Part shown: positions 49,487 to 62,677 of the stretch, one piece after another
Position numbering within the stretch: position 1 is the first letter of the stretch
Layout of the letters: the number at the start of each line of letters is the position of its first letter
Source of the DNA: Chara braunii
Taxonomy: Eukaryota; Plantae; Charophyceae
Length of the DNA: 64,000 nt
Direction of reading: 5' to 3'
NCBI GenBank assembly: GCA_003427395.1
Contig: BFEA01000003.1
Span: 5,015,886-5,079,885, forward strand
Program-made: the position numbers and the translations under genes
The notes under the pieces: generated by a model
Seen by the model: only the letters and a program-made list of their open reading frames with translations
What the model was told of the DNA's origin: nothing
Databases searched by the model: none

Positions 49487-52306
49487 ATGGCTTGTGGTGG
49501 GCACGCACCACGACAAGCTGCCAGCACAACTTTGGAAAGCATGGACTGTGTGGCATCTAATATACTGCCTAATGATGAATTTCCTCCGCCGGACCTGCCA
49601 ATGTTTTCACAATACGTTCAAATAACTCCAGAATCTCCTGATCATAAAAGGTCCCGGATGGCTGCATGTGAAGAAACCACATGCAAAAGTGCATCTCCAG
49701 CCTTGGGCGGGCCAGTGAAAACCTCTGATGTAGAAGGTTCGGAAGGTCAGGGTAGGGCCTGCTCCGGTGACAAGAACACATCCGATGTAGATCGTATCAT
49801 GTGCGTGCCGAGAAGTTCGCTACGAGATTTCAAGTGCACAGGCCTTCTGTTTGACGAGAGTGATGAAGATGGTTCGGAATCAGGTTCTTCGATGTCATAT
49901 GATGCCGACAGTTCTCCAGACAAAATTGATTATCCACAAACTTGCGATAGTGATGCCACTGATCTTTACTGCCGCAACGATATGGAAAATTCTGATGTCG
50001 TCTCTGATTTTGATGACATTTTTCCAAAACGTTTGTCGTCTGAGAAGCGTCCTTATACTTTCCGTATCTGAATGTCGCAGTCAAAGAAGATTCTGCAAAC
50101 AGTTCACAGAAAGCTCACCAAAAAAACACCGTCGAGTGTGCGTGGACAAGTTTGTTGTAAACGTCAAAGCTGTCCGGAGTGCATAATACTCTAAGGATCA
50201 CAAAAGTAGAGATGCATGGTGGGTTGAAACGTTAAAGAGGTTCACCTTCGTGGAAGATGAGAAAAAGATTGTACAACCTATTGTAGAAAAAAGAAAGGTG
50301 TGCATTAGTGCATGGTGTTTCACACTTGGTGTGTGCAGGAATACATTTTTGAAAAAGAGGATGACTTTGTCAAAAGGTTACATTATGCCGGAGCATGGCA
50401 ACATTGGACTCAGACGCACATCTGCAACATATGCGATGATGTACGAAAAACTAAGCTCCTTTGTGCGCGATAATGGAGATTCCATGCCCAATGACATGAG
50501 AATCAAAGATGGGGAATCACGAGTGGTTTTGAGATTGCCTGCTTGCTATAACAAGGTTGACATTTACAAGTTGTTAACATGGGTGTCCCTTCTGTTTCTC
50601 TCCAAGAAGAAGAACACACTTCTGACATGTGAAATTTCATGAAGAAACTTTGCAAAATGCGAGAAGTGTGTTGAGTTCAAAGAATCTATCAATTTTGCGA
50701 AGTTCGTACGTGTGCGTGAGTATTTTGTTTCGGAACGTGAAAAACACTTGGACTTGCATCTCCAACATCGTGTTGCTTATGAGGTGTGGAATGATGAGTC
50801 GAGGAGACCAGATTCCAACAGTTTATGCATCATTATTGACGGTATGGACCAAAGCAAGACAAGTATTCCACACTTTGGCGGAGAAAACAAGTCGAAGGCA
50901 TTCGCGAATATTCCGATGATGAAAACACATTTAACAACTATTATCGCGCACGGTCGTTCACCGTCTGGCCATGTTCACACATGGTACCCTTGCTATCCAC
51001 ATGATTCCAATGTTGTGGTGTCATCCATTATGAAAGTTTTGCGTGACATACAGGCGACAAGCGACTTACCTCCTAAATTGAGGATACAAGTTGACAACTG
51101 TTGGGGAGAAAACAAAAACAAATACGTTTTCTCTGTGGCCGCAGCTTTGGTGAAATTGGCTTCTTCAAAGAAGTTGAATTCGGTTTTATGTTGGTAGGAC
51201 ATACACATACGGACGTTGATGCCACTTTCAGTCATTTCTCTCGCAAACTGAAAATGCGCGATCCTTATACCATGCTCGACCTCTTCAAACTCGTTCCCAG
51301 TTCCCAAAAAGAGCGTCCTTTGTGCACATTCATGGACGAAATTGTTGACTGGCGGGGAGCTGTTAAGCCCTTCCTGGTCAACAGACTGACCGGTCATACT
51401 AAGCCACATTTATTTAGGTTTTATATGGAGGATGACAATCTTGTGTTCCGGTGGAAAGAGTATTGCACTTCTCCGGTCTATTGCTTTAAACGAGATGAAA
51501 ATAAAGCATATGCTGGACCCGAATGGCCATTCGAGCCTTCACCTGTTATCCCATCACCTATTCGAGCTGTTAAAGAAACATCACGTAGTCAGCCCACTAA
51601 GGATAAGAATTCGAATTTCAAATAAGGAATTGAAGGCGTGAAGACGTTTGTTGAGTGGTTGGAAAACAAGCAGCACGAGTGGTTGGGAATGAAAGATGAG
51701 GTTAGCTTCTCAAATGAGAGTGCTCTTTCTCACTGGAAAAATTTCGTGGACACAATCGAGCAAAATTATGGGTCTGGCTTTGCGAAAACATCACTTAAGG
51801 CTGGCTTTTGGCCCTCGCAGGACAGAATTACGAAGGACGATGCTGAGGATATTGATATTGCCTTCCTCTTCGAAGAGTCGTTGTTCGTTGGGTCAGCCAA
51901 TGAGCGTCCAAAAGCAGAGCTCGACCCGGTTGTGGATGTCGAAAAGGGTCAACTCGTTCTCTTGCGTCCTTCGCAAGATGATATCGATCAGGGAGTTCCC
52001 GTGTGGATGGGTAGAGTCATTTCTGATATTGACAACGATAGGAAGTCGCCTGCTTTCAATCATGTTTTTATTGAATATTGGGTGCCACAACCTGTCGTCA
52101 AACATCTTTCTCTGCAATATGCAAATGCATGGAAGAAGATATGGAAGAAAGACAGCACAACAGCACAACAGTGGCAGCACGTGGACTGTGTTTTGTGGAG
52201 CTGGTCATCAAGGATGTTACATTTGAAAAATGGAGTGCACATTCCCAAATCAGTCAGAGAGAAAGCCTTGACATGTCTTTCACTTCCCGATGATGAAGAC
52301 CCGTAG
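49487..52306 (+). pseudogene. DDD transposase, Sola1-like (frameshifted), with C-terminal SH3/Tudor-like segment
   Basis: VCISAWCFTLGV, EHGN, GDSMPN, IIIDGMDQSK, IQVDNCWGENKNKYV, FMLVGHTHTDVDATFS, GQLVLLRP..VWMGRV..VFIEYW. Confidence 0.82.
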
Positions 52307-53726
52307 GATAAGTCACTGAGAAGACCTCATTTCGTGCGTGTTGGTGTACCATTTACTTGTCATTGAACTTCCATTCATATATAGTTAAACTATATTGCAT
52401 TGGCTTGCCTTTTACTTCCCGATGATGAAGATCAATAAACTTTAAGTACGTCGTTGAGAAGAGGTAATCATATTTCATTTGAGCGTATTGCTGTATCATT
52501 TAGTTGTCATTGAGCTTCTGTATTTCATGTGTTGCAGAATGCTTCATTCAACGACTGGATGACCGCCAAGCAATATGGTGTGAGACAGAAATGTATGGCA
52601 TGATATGGGGTCTATCTTTTTCACACCTGAAGTGGTTTTCGATGATGCAGTACTCAGTGTCAGAGGTGTGGATGTCGCACCGGATTGCTGGGAGCATTAT
52701 CCTCGACAATGTTTGTATATTTGTGGTCGTAGGTGTTGTAGAACAAGAGAATATCCGCGATAAGCGTTTGCACCGTACTCAGAATTGTACTATTCAGCAG
52801 TGAAGTTCTACCACAACGACTTCAAGCTGATGACCAAATGCTGCAAACTTTCTTTTCTTATTCATAACGATTATTCTACAAGTGCAAACATATTCAATGC
52901 ACATGACATCGACGGATGAAGACGGGAAGCATTTCCAAGGAGGATCATGGACCAACCGTTGCTCAAAGCACTCGTGGATGGGCTCGTGGACACAGCGATT
53001 ACATATGTACGAAGTCTTCTGCTGCGCAAGTATGAATTCATAGAAACTTACGTAGAGTACAAGGAACCCACATTCGATGGTCACAATGAGACGAACACTG
53101 TAGAAGATTTGACAATTTACACGAGGAGAGCGTTAAATTTATCACGCAGATCGTATTAATATGTTCATTACGTACTATATCTGATTCAAGTCGATAACCT
53201 TAGAATATCGTTTTCAAGTGTTATATGCCTAGTAGTCAAGTCGATTTCAATTATAGCCTAAGGACTTTGACGAAGATTTTGACAATGTGTAATTTTAAGA
53301 GTTCATAGATGCACCATTGAGCTGATGTAAGTGGCACAGTTTTGCTTTTAATATAATTGGACTTTTGCATTAAATTTTCCTTTCACGGTCTCCATATGAA
53401 GGGTGTTGTTATAGTTTGAAACAACTTAAGGTCTTGGACTTTAGAGAGCTGCATTAAATTTTCCTTCCACTGCGCTTTGTTTGAATTTGTTAACTTTCTG
53501 TAGAGGGTTTTACAAATTTCGCTATTCTTTCCTTCACATATGATGTCATTCTTTTCGTTTATATTCTAATTGTTTCGACACTTCTCCGCTCAAGGTTTAC
53601 ATTGTGCCGAAATATTAAAATCCTCTTATTTTGTTCTACAATTTACCTTTTTTTCGGTTACTTTATTAATTTCATTATGCTCACTTTTTACAAAACAGTT
53701 CATTTTTAACGAAAACATCGTTAAAA

Positions 53727-55060
53727 ACAAAACCTTGCATTACTCACTAAGTGGCTCGTCAAAGCGACGACGCAGACGGAAAGAAGGACATGGGTCCCCA
53801 TCTTGGAATATCTCCTGCAACAAGAATTTTCACTGACACACAAATAAGATGTTTGGACCGTTGTTTTTATGCCTTCCTTTTTGCATAGGCAGCCACGATC
53901 ACAGTTGGCAGGGGCCTGTTGGACAATATGGAGGACCCTTATCCCATCTTGCACCAAAGAGCCGACCACGAGAGAAGAGGTTCTGATGCAGCCCCTTTTC
54001 GACAATCTGCAAATTTTTAATAGCCAATGGTCTCTCTTCTCAGCTACAGCCATCCCGGGCAACTTCGGAAAACGATCGACAGAGAAGGGCCTAATTCGTG
54101 TACAAGATCTGTGAAATGAAAAAACACAAGAATGATCCACAGAAGAGGACATCAAACACAAGCTGGGAAGACTTAAGTTGGTGGCAGAAAGGAGGTACAA
54201 CCTGATCTCAACGATCCCGCCCCACTGGCGGGACTTGTTGTGCTCTGAGTCAGACGACCCAATGCAGGGGAAGTGGTATTCCCCCATCGCAGGAACGGGA
54301 AGGCAAAAAGTGATCCAAGTCCAGGAACAGTTGGACAACAATACGTGACGAGCACAGACTTGGAAGACAGCAGAAAGTACAAGGTATCTCGAGAGACTCC
54401 AGCCCCAAGACATGATCGCCCTACACTCCACCTGCGACCTGCAGCAGATCTGCGTCCACACCAACACCAGGAATGGCCACTCAACCTACGATATTATAGC
54501 CAAGGGAACTCCGAGTCCATTGAGGAGGTTGAGGATCGACCCGAAGGTTATTAGGAACTAGGACAAGGCCGCAGAAAGTACCTATATCAATACACGACAG
54601 GGCTGGGAAGGCTTCTTCAAGCAAAAGGGGAACCACTTTCAAAGATCGCGGTTGAACGCTTAAACAAATCAGGCACCCTGGATTCTCATAGCATCACAGA
54701 AGGAGAAATGAGAACACTTTGGGCGCAGCTCCCAGCCCTGCCATCACAAAAGTTAGCAGGGCTCATATGGCTCATGTCGCATGTCGTAGTCCCCTACTCA
54801 GTGAGGCTATTCGAAGGAGGAATGAACATCGAAACCAAATGACTGCGCTATGGAAAACATGAGGAAGAGACGTTGCAGCACCTGTTCTGGGCCTGCCCAG
54901 CATCCAAACGTATTTGGCGTTGGTGGGAGAAACATTAGCAGCGATTCGTTGGTTCTCTGCTGAATTGGGATGAGACATGGGTTCTACATGGCCGCATCCC
55001 AGAAGCTTTGTTCAAACACACAGGGAGAGGCTACGTAGCCCAAGCCATCCGCTCTATGGA
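53727..55060 (+). pseudogene. LINE ORF2 3' part with zinc-finger remnant
   Basis: QNLALLTKW continuation, EEVLMQPLFDN, GLIRVQDL, EETLQHLFWACP. Confidence 0.85.
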
Positions 55061-55840
55061 AGCCCTCCCCACGCGGGACTGGGCACCTGCCATTTTTTTT
55101 CAATGTGGAACGAATGCCCTAGGCAACCTTGTCTGACCTGGATCATACGATGGCAACAGTACCTTTAAGTCTGTGTCTATGTTACTAAGGGCATGATTCT
55201 TCTTCTACCGTTTTTCGTAAGAACCCAAAAGAATCACTTTCAGCAGAGCCGGTCCGCAACGGACGTACAAGTAAAATGGAATCCTACTTGCCCGGTGTTT
55301 GAGGTGTTTTTTTTAGGAAAGCGGCGGATTGTTGTGGGCGGGTGTGCGGGGTCGGGTTTCGTGCTCTCCGTTCGGACACCGCGTGGTGTCTTGTGCGGCC
55401 CTGCGAACTGTGTGACTGGTTAGGTGGTGTGTCCCCCTTTGTGGGCCCAGGGGGGTTTGTGTGGCATGCACAGAGACGGGCATCGGCCCTTCGTAGTGCC
55501 AAAAATGTTCCCCGACCGTCAAGTCCCCCATACGCGTTTTGGAGGGAAGTTTCTCCACGACGGTCCCTCTCCCCCAACGCAAGTCTTGCTATGTTCTCCA
55601 CGGGTAATCTTTTCACCATCATCTTGCTTGTAAGAGGTAGCATGGTTGTAGCATCGTTGTAGTGTCCATCTATGAGAGTGGCACTTGAAGCAAGTTGACA
55701 AGTGGCACGTGCACGGGCAGGAAGTTGTTGTGGCAGGGCGGGGGACCTGGTGCGTTTGTCGTGGCACGCACATTTTTGGAGTTGATCGACTTCGTGGAAA
55801 GCGGTGATCATGTTCCACAATTGCCATTGTCGGGCAAGCT

Positions 55841-57165
55841 ATGGATCAATTGACTGCGGCCCAACTTGGTATGGTACTAGCTGCGGTCATCCGGTGGGTG
55901 CGGATGAGGGAGCATTGCACTGTTATCTCCGCTGCCATGTTCATCCATGTCATGGCGAACATTGTCGCGCTGCAAAACATGAGGAATGTGTTTTTGCTCC
56001 TTGCTTATGAAGTTTATGAGGGCGCAGGGTGAGCGGACGGTCGACTCTCACACGTTGGTCGACGACGACGACTGTGGGTGCGGGAGCGAGTGGGAGGAGT
56101 TGAACATGACGAGAGTGGGATACGAAAAAAAATTCAGGGAATACACACGGCTGACACGTCCCATATTCGACGAAATTCTGGAACGAATTCGTCCAAGGAT
56201 TCAAAGGAGGGATACTCGCTGGAGAGATGCTTTGCCAATGTCTCTGAAGTTGGCCTTCGCACTGTACAGATGGGCAACGGACGGGTTTTATCGTCAATCC
56301 GGGAACGACTTCGAGATTGGGTTACACATCGCCATACGATGCACGGACGACGTCGCGAGAGCTATTTGTGCAGAGTATAGCAGAGTACGGTCATGTTTTG
56401 TCTTGGTCGACAGGCGCTCGCTTGCAGGCGACCCTCGACTATTACGAGGGGAAAGGCTTCCCCCGGTGTTTCGGGGCCATAGACTGTATACACATCTATA
56501 TTGAAAAACCACGTGGCGGGGAGGTGGAGCCGTACTTCGATCGCAACAGACAGTACTCAATCCGAGCGCAGGTTGTGTGCGATGAGAACATGCGCATACT
56601 GCATGTTGTCGTCGGCGCACCTGTTTTATTTCATGATTCACGTGTTATACGTCTGTATGATATGTACTGGCGTGGAGAGGAAGGGGGGGATCCTTTCACG
56701 CGGAGGACAAATGTGTTGATGGATGGCGTGGTGGTGGGGAGATATCTGATGGGAGATGCTAGGTATCCAATCCTATCGTGGTTGATGACGCCGTTTGTTG
56801 GCACTGACCGGACTGCGGAGGAGATATCCTATGACAACGAGTTTTTTGCCCTGCGCAACGTGATTGAAAGGTGTTTCGGCAGGTTGAAAGGAGTGTGGAG
56901 ATGCTTTGAGCGTAAGCATATCGCAAACATAGAGAATATTTGTTATCGGTTTTTTGCTTGTTGCATTCTACATAACATCATTATTGATGTGGGCATCCCG
57001 GTCGACGACGAACTGTTGCGACGGAGACCGGATGATGATAACGAAGACGACGACAATGAGGGACCACCTGCGGATGATGTCGCCAACGATGGAGATGGTG
57101 GAATCGAAGGAGAACCTGCCGCCGCGATGGACAATGACGATGGAGATGGCGAGGCCGATCGATGA
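55841..57165 (+). pseudogene. Harbinger (HARBI1-like) DDE transposase, frameshifted
   Basis: FREYTRLTRPIFDEIL, FGAIDCIHI, HDSRV, YLMGDARYP, RNVIERCFGRLKGVWR, CCILHN, acidic tail. Confidence 0.93.
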
Positions 57166-57373
57166 CGCGAGGGGTCCACCTTGTACGCAACCCATCTGCA
57201 ACGACGCGACGCGACAGAGGCTCTTCGTCACTCTGTGGTTCGCCATGCTCTTCACGTTGCTCGCATTTTTGGTCCGGCTACTGGTGCACAAGGATGATAT
57301 TTTCTCTGAGCTTCGGGGCCATATAAATCTATTTGTGAAAAAGTAGATAGATATAGGGAAATGAGAGAGACAC

Positions 57374-57376
<3 letters not shown>

Positions 57377-57429
<53 letters not shown>

Positions 57430-57477
57430 NNNNNNNNNNNNNNNNNNNNNNNNNNNNNNNNNNNAGAGAGAGAGAGA

Positions 57478-57535
<58 letters not shown>
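57377..57535. repeat. (GA)n microsatellite with gap
   Basis: Direct reading. Confidence 0.9.
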
Positions 57536-57536
<1 letters not shown>

Positions 57537-57714
57537 AGCCTCGAGCTTATGATCATCATCAGTTCATGTTGTAGGTAGGTTTTCTTCTATCATGATTATC
57601 ATCATTGTTTTTCACTTGCCACAATTACATTTTCTTGGATTTGTCATTTCCACCAAGCCGAGAGAAGGTTAACAACAGTCGTATTTTTCATCACCACTTC
57701 AAGTCCAGGACACC

Positions 57715-57886
57715 CTTCGCCACTTCAGGATGCAGCCTGCCTAAATAGGTGGTTTTCAGGGTCTTCGGACCTTTCACCACTTCAGGACCATTCAAGTCTG
57801 AAAATCCTGAATGGTCATGAAGCGGTGAAAGCCCCGAAGACCCTGAAAACCACCTGTTTAGGCAGGCTGCATCCTCAAGTGGTGAA
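57715..57886. repeat. Long inverted repeat (~80-bp arms, 13-nt loop), with further direct copies to ~58065
   Basis: cacttcaggatgcagcctgcctaaataggtggttttcagggtcttcgg... vs ...ccgaagaccctgaaaaccacctgtttaggcaggctgcatcctcaagtg. Confidence 0.9.
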
Positions 57887-60796
57887 GTGCGGTTTTCATG
57901 GTCTTCGGACCTTTCACCACTTCAAGACCATTCATGATTTTCATATTGCCAAAAACTCTCACTTGACCACTTCAGGACACCCTGCACCACTTCAGAATGC
58001 AGCCTGCCTAAACAGGTGGTTTTCAGGGTCTTCGGACCTTTTACCACTTCAAGACCATTCAAGATTTCAGACTGCCAAAAACTCTCACTTCTGAATTTTC
58101 ATTCCTGAATTTTCAGCTACCCGATAACCGCTTGTGACCGGGCCACACCCTATTTTGCATTACGTATTGTTTGAAGTGCGCAGTATGTCTGTCACATTAT
58201 ATGATGTTGACCTTGGTTGTTTTTCGTGCACATTATGTTTTTTTTTTGTTTTTTATTTTTTTTATTTTTCATTATGTTGCAAGATTTTTCACGATAGCGG
58301 TGCGACTTTGTATTGCTTAACAAGGCCCAACGAGGGGTAGAGACACGCTGTGTCTTTCTGGCATTGCTTGCATACATCCTCCAAATAGTAACCTCAAACA
58401 CATGTTCACATTGTGAGATCATCCCTGTGCATGCAATCAACGACCAAACAATGAGGACCTACCATCAATCACACTTGACACAGACGTCGTGACACGGACA
58501 GTGACAATACAAGAACAATGATGTGAAATTGTTACGAGAAGCAATGACAACAAGGAGTGCGATCATCTCAAATTTTGTTTGTCACTTGTTCGACACCAAA
58601 AACAAAAAAAAGAACGTACTGTCGTGTTTGATAGATTTCGATCCAAAAGACCCCGCAACAGCAAATACACGCCTGCGTCATTAACACCGTGACTCAAAAA
58701 CTGTCCCGTGCGGACAGACCCCATACTACCCCCCGACCCTTCGACACAAGACCACACATAAACCGAAGCTTCGTGCGAGAGACACGAACAACTACACTGG
58801 AAGGACGAGATGGCGACTATCTATTTATAACCCTCTATTTAATGCAACATTATTTAGAGTCGGTGGACGAATCAAACTCCATACTCATTGACCTCCGAAG
58901 GTGATCTGCAACAACTGCCACATCATGCCGGTTCGCGTCCGGTGACATGGTCGGGAATACTGATGGCGACCTACCATCACAGGGCATGGACACATGCCTG
59001 TCTGGAGGTGTCCGATATGCATTGTCCGGAACCAAATTGTTGAGGGAAACGGTGACGCTCGCGACGGTCCCTCATCGCTTACCCCAAGGGCTCTGCACAG
59101 TGCTGACATAGTCATCACGATCCAGCCATGAATTTTGCGACTCCCCTTCGTACATTGCCAATTGCTGCTCTAAACGTGCCACCTCATCCTGCAACACAAT
59201 AATCGTCCTCTCTGCAGCTTCTGCTTTGGAAACTGCCACACCCTCTCTCATGGCAGCCTTGTCCACCTCCTCTCGCAAACGCTTCAACTCCTCGACCATA
59301 GCGGACACGCGTGTGAACATAACACCTCTCTTGCGTGCGAGTTCATGTGCTTGTTGAATCATTCGTCTGTGGGTCAACGTGAAATCACATGCCATGTCCA
59401 CGACTTCGCTGACGCCACGAAGCGGAGAGGATGATATCCCTCCTTTATGTCATCGTTCCACCCCCCCCGACCAGATACCTGCAACAAGGCCATCACGCCC
59501 GCCACATGCGGATGGACAACTGTCAGATGGATAGCCCCNNNNNNNNNNNNNNNNNNNNNNNNNNNNNNNNNNNNNNNNNNNNNNNNNNNNNNNNNNNNNN
59601 NNNNNNNNNNNNNNNNNNNNNNNNNNNNNNNNNNNNNNNNNNNNNNNNNNNNNNNNNNNNNNNNNNNNNNNNNNNNNNNNNNNNNNNNNNNNNNNNNNNN
59701 NNNNNNNNNNNNNNNNNNNNNNNNNNNNNNNNNNNNNNNNNNNNNNNNNNNNNNNNNNNNNNNNNNNNNNNNNNNNNNNNNNNNNNNNNNNNNNNNNNNN
59801 NNNNNNNNNNNNNNNNNNNNNNNNNNNNNNNNNNNNNNNNNNNNNNNNNNNNNNNNNNNNNNNNNNNNNNNNNNNNNNNNNNNNNNNNNNNNNNNNNNNN
59901 NNNNNNNNNNNNNNNNNNNNNNNNNNNNNNNNNNNNNNNNNNNNNNNNNNNNNNNNNNNNNNNNNNNNNNNNNNNNNNNNNNNNNNNNNNNNNNNNNNNN
60001 NNNNNNNNNNNNNNNNNNNNNNNNNNNNNNNNNNNNNNNNNNNNNNNNNNNNNNNNNNNNNNNNNNNNNNNNNNNNNNNNNNNNNNNNNNNNNNNNNNNN
60101 NNNNNNNNNNNNNNNNNNNNNNNNNNNNNNNNNNNNNNNNNNNNNNNNNNNNNNNNNNNNNNNNNNNNNNNNNNNNNNNNNNNNNNNNNNNNNNNNNNNN
60201 NNNNNNNNNNNNNNNNNNNNNNNNNNNNNNNNNNNNNNNNNNNNNNNNNNNNNNNNNNNNNNNNNNNNNNNNNNNNNNNNNNNNNNNNNNNNNNNNNNNN
60301 NNNNNNNNNNNNNNNNNNNNNNNNNNNNNNNNNNNNNNNNNNNNNNNNNNNNNNNNNNNNNNNNNNNNNNNNNNNNNNNNNNNNNNNNNNNNNNNNNNNN
60401 NNNNNNNNNNNNNNNNNNNNNNNNNNNNNNNNNNNNNNNNNNNNNNNNNNNNNNNNNNNNNNNNNNNNNNNNNNNNNNNNNNNNNNNNNNNNNCCTCTGC
60501 TCCCTGCTGTCCACGTAGCGAAGCACCGTGACATGTGCTTCGGGTACCTATATCAGTGACCTGCAAGAAGGCCATCATGCATGGCACATGGTGGTGAGGA
60601 CATATGTGAGATGGAGACGGCTATGGATGGGAGACGTACATAATGAAAAAGAGAAGGAAATCCAAACACCACACCAAGAACGGACGAAGCATTGAATGAA
60701 AAAAAAAATAAAAAAAAATAAAAAAAAATAAAAAAAAATAAAAAAAAATAAAAGGACGTGAATCTGTCCGACGATAAGCACTTGGACATGGTGTCT

Positions 60797-62677
60797 TCAA
60801 CCACCCTCCGCCTCCCCCCTCTGTGTCGTTGGGGGTGTAGACGTCGGTTGTCTCGCCAACGAACTGGACAGCATTGCAAAACACTGCAAGAGCGTGGTGT
60901 TCCCGTCTGCCATGGTCTTGTTGATGTCAGCCATGGCATCAATAAAACTTCCATACAACTTATCAGTTTGCCTTTCCATGGCATCCACGAGAGCGTGGGC
61001 GACGTCTACGAACGTGCCCCTCCCCCTTCCCCCCCACCCTCTACAGAACTCTCCGACGGCGAACGTCTGACGTTCCCTCTCCCCCCACCACGTCGAGCGA
61101 ATTACGCTCCATCAGCACTATTGCTGTCTGCTTTCCGGCGGCCGCCTCTTGTGTCCTCCCCACCGCCCGTGTCAAAGCTTTCCTTGTCCCGGCTTGTCTG
61201 TGTTGGACAACCCTCCTTGTAGATGCGCACTCTGCATGAGACCAGCGCAGTGTCCATCTGCTTTTGCAAGCTTCAAGTTCCACTGCAGTGCTTCGTACAA
61301 CTCGCGTTCAAACGTCAACGAAAGTCCTGCCGCCTTTCGCACATCCCGTGACGCATTCTTGTACGACGGCGCGCCAGACTTCCCTCCAAAATCACGAATC
61401 CTCTTTGCGCTATCTAGGAGCCCGTAGTACTTCCTCTCGCGTTCGTCCACGGTGCGCTCGCAATATCCTTTCTCGACAAGCTTCTTCACAATCCACTCGT
61501 ACTTCTCCTTCCTGCTTCTGATCTGTTGCCTGCCTTTTTTCTTTTGCTGCATACAGTCTTCTTCGAAAAGCAGTTTCAGCAGTGGGACGCTCTCCCCGGA
61601 ACCCCAATCCGCACCTCGGACTTCGGGCTTGTCCCCGCCACGCCCTCCCCCACCTACCCTTCTGCTCTTCTTCCTTGCTTCTCCACCCACCCCGTCATCC
61701 GTTTTGCCTTCATCGCTAATGTCGACTGTCACATGCCCCGTGCTTTGCGTACCAGCTATGCCGGCAGTCGGTGATGTCCACGTCTCGCCCATTCCAGAGT
61801 CCTGCTTGTCCATATTTTCACCCAGATCGGCGACCGATTCAGAAGGGTCATTTTTCGTTATTTCGGAATCGACAACATGAAGCCGCCAACCGTCATGACT
61901 GCGGAACGCTGCATCTAAAGGCATGGACTGCGCAGTGCCTCCAACTGGTGATGGAGGAGGCGGTCTTGAATAATAGATCATGGGGGTGGCTCCACCTACC
62001 CCCGCATGCATGTGCCCAGCAGGGCCAGCAACGTATGATGTATGTGTCGATGATGCAGGCCCCCCCGCAGGCACCTCTCCTTCCCTGTTGGGTCCCATGG
62101 CTGGCGGTGAGTGTTGCCACTGACCTCCACATGGCGTGCCCCACCCATGATACCCAACACTGCGCCCATACGATTCTCCACCTCGCGGCGGTCCAAGGCT
62201 ATCACCTTCGGCGAGGAGGGCAGTCGTAGATCGAGGCTCTCTTCCCACAGTGTACATCGAAATGTGCAGATTCTTGAACGCTGGCAGGGGCGGCAGACCG
62301 TGTGGCATAACGGGAGTTGGCCGTATGTAAGACGACCCATCTCCAGCAGGTGACGAAGCTTGATAACCTGGGACGTATGTGGCAGGGGTCGATGGTGGGA
62401 CATCCGCCATGCATGTTTCGACAGGCATTGGGGACGGGGATGGGGAGAGGGATGGCGAACGGGGTTGGAAAGTGTGATGACCACCGTCCATGCCTTCACT
62501 ACAAAGCTTGTACACGTGGGACTTCAACGCACCTCCGCGACCCCAGCAATAACACGTGGCTGTGATAGAAGCGTGGATGAATCGGGGATCTTCGACGCCT
62601 GGATCACGTGACAAATGAGAAGTGCTTTGCGTTATGGCTGCGATGATAAATAGACCGATTGGACAATCACGCGACAT
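60797..62677 (-). pseudogene. Harbinger Myb/SANT-like (trihelix GT-type) DNA-binding protein; frameshift near 61170
   Basis: WGSGESVPLLKL..RKEKYEWIVKKLVEKGYCERTVDERERKYYGL..FERELYEAL; helical C-terminus in ORF 60797-60988. Confidence 0.85.

Larger units (their letters stand above)
37624..53722 (+). mobile_element. 16.1-kb TIR DNA transposon, Sola1-like, with cargo genes
   Basis: Imperfect TIRs AACGGTATTTTCGTTATAAGTGAA / reverse of AACGATGTTTTCGTTAAAAATGAA. 4-bp TSD AGAA/AAAA. Excision restores LINE frame GLGVIDLQK-QNLALLTKW. Confidence 0.88.

Noticed and set aside
59374-60587. Long ORFs spanning N runs (also 285-854, 8038-8679, 10038-10670, 12491-13224, 31063-32240)
   Set aside because: Artefacts of translating assembly gaps.
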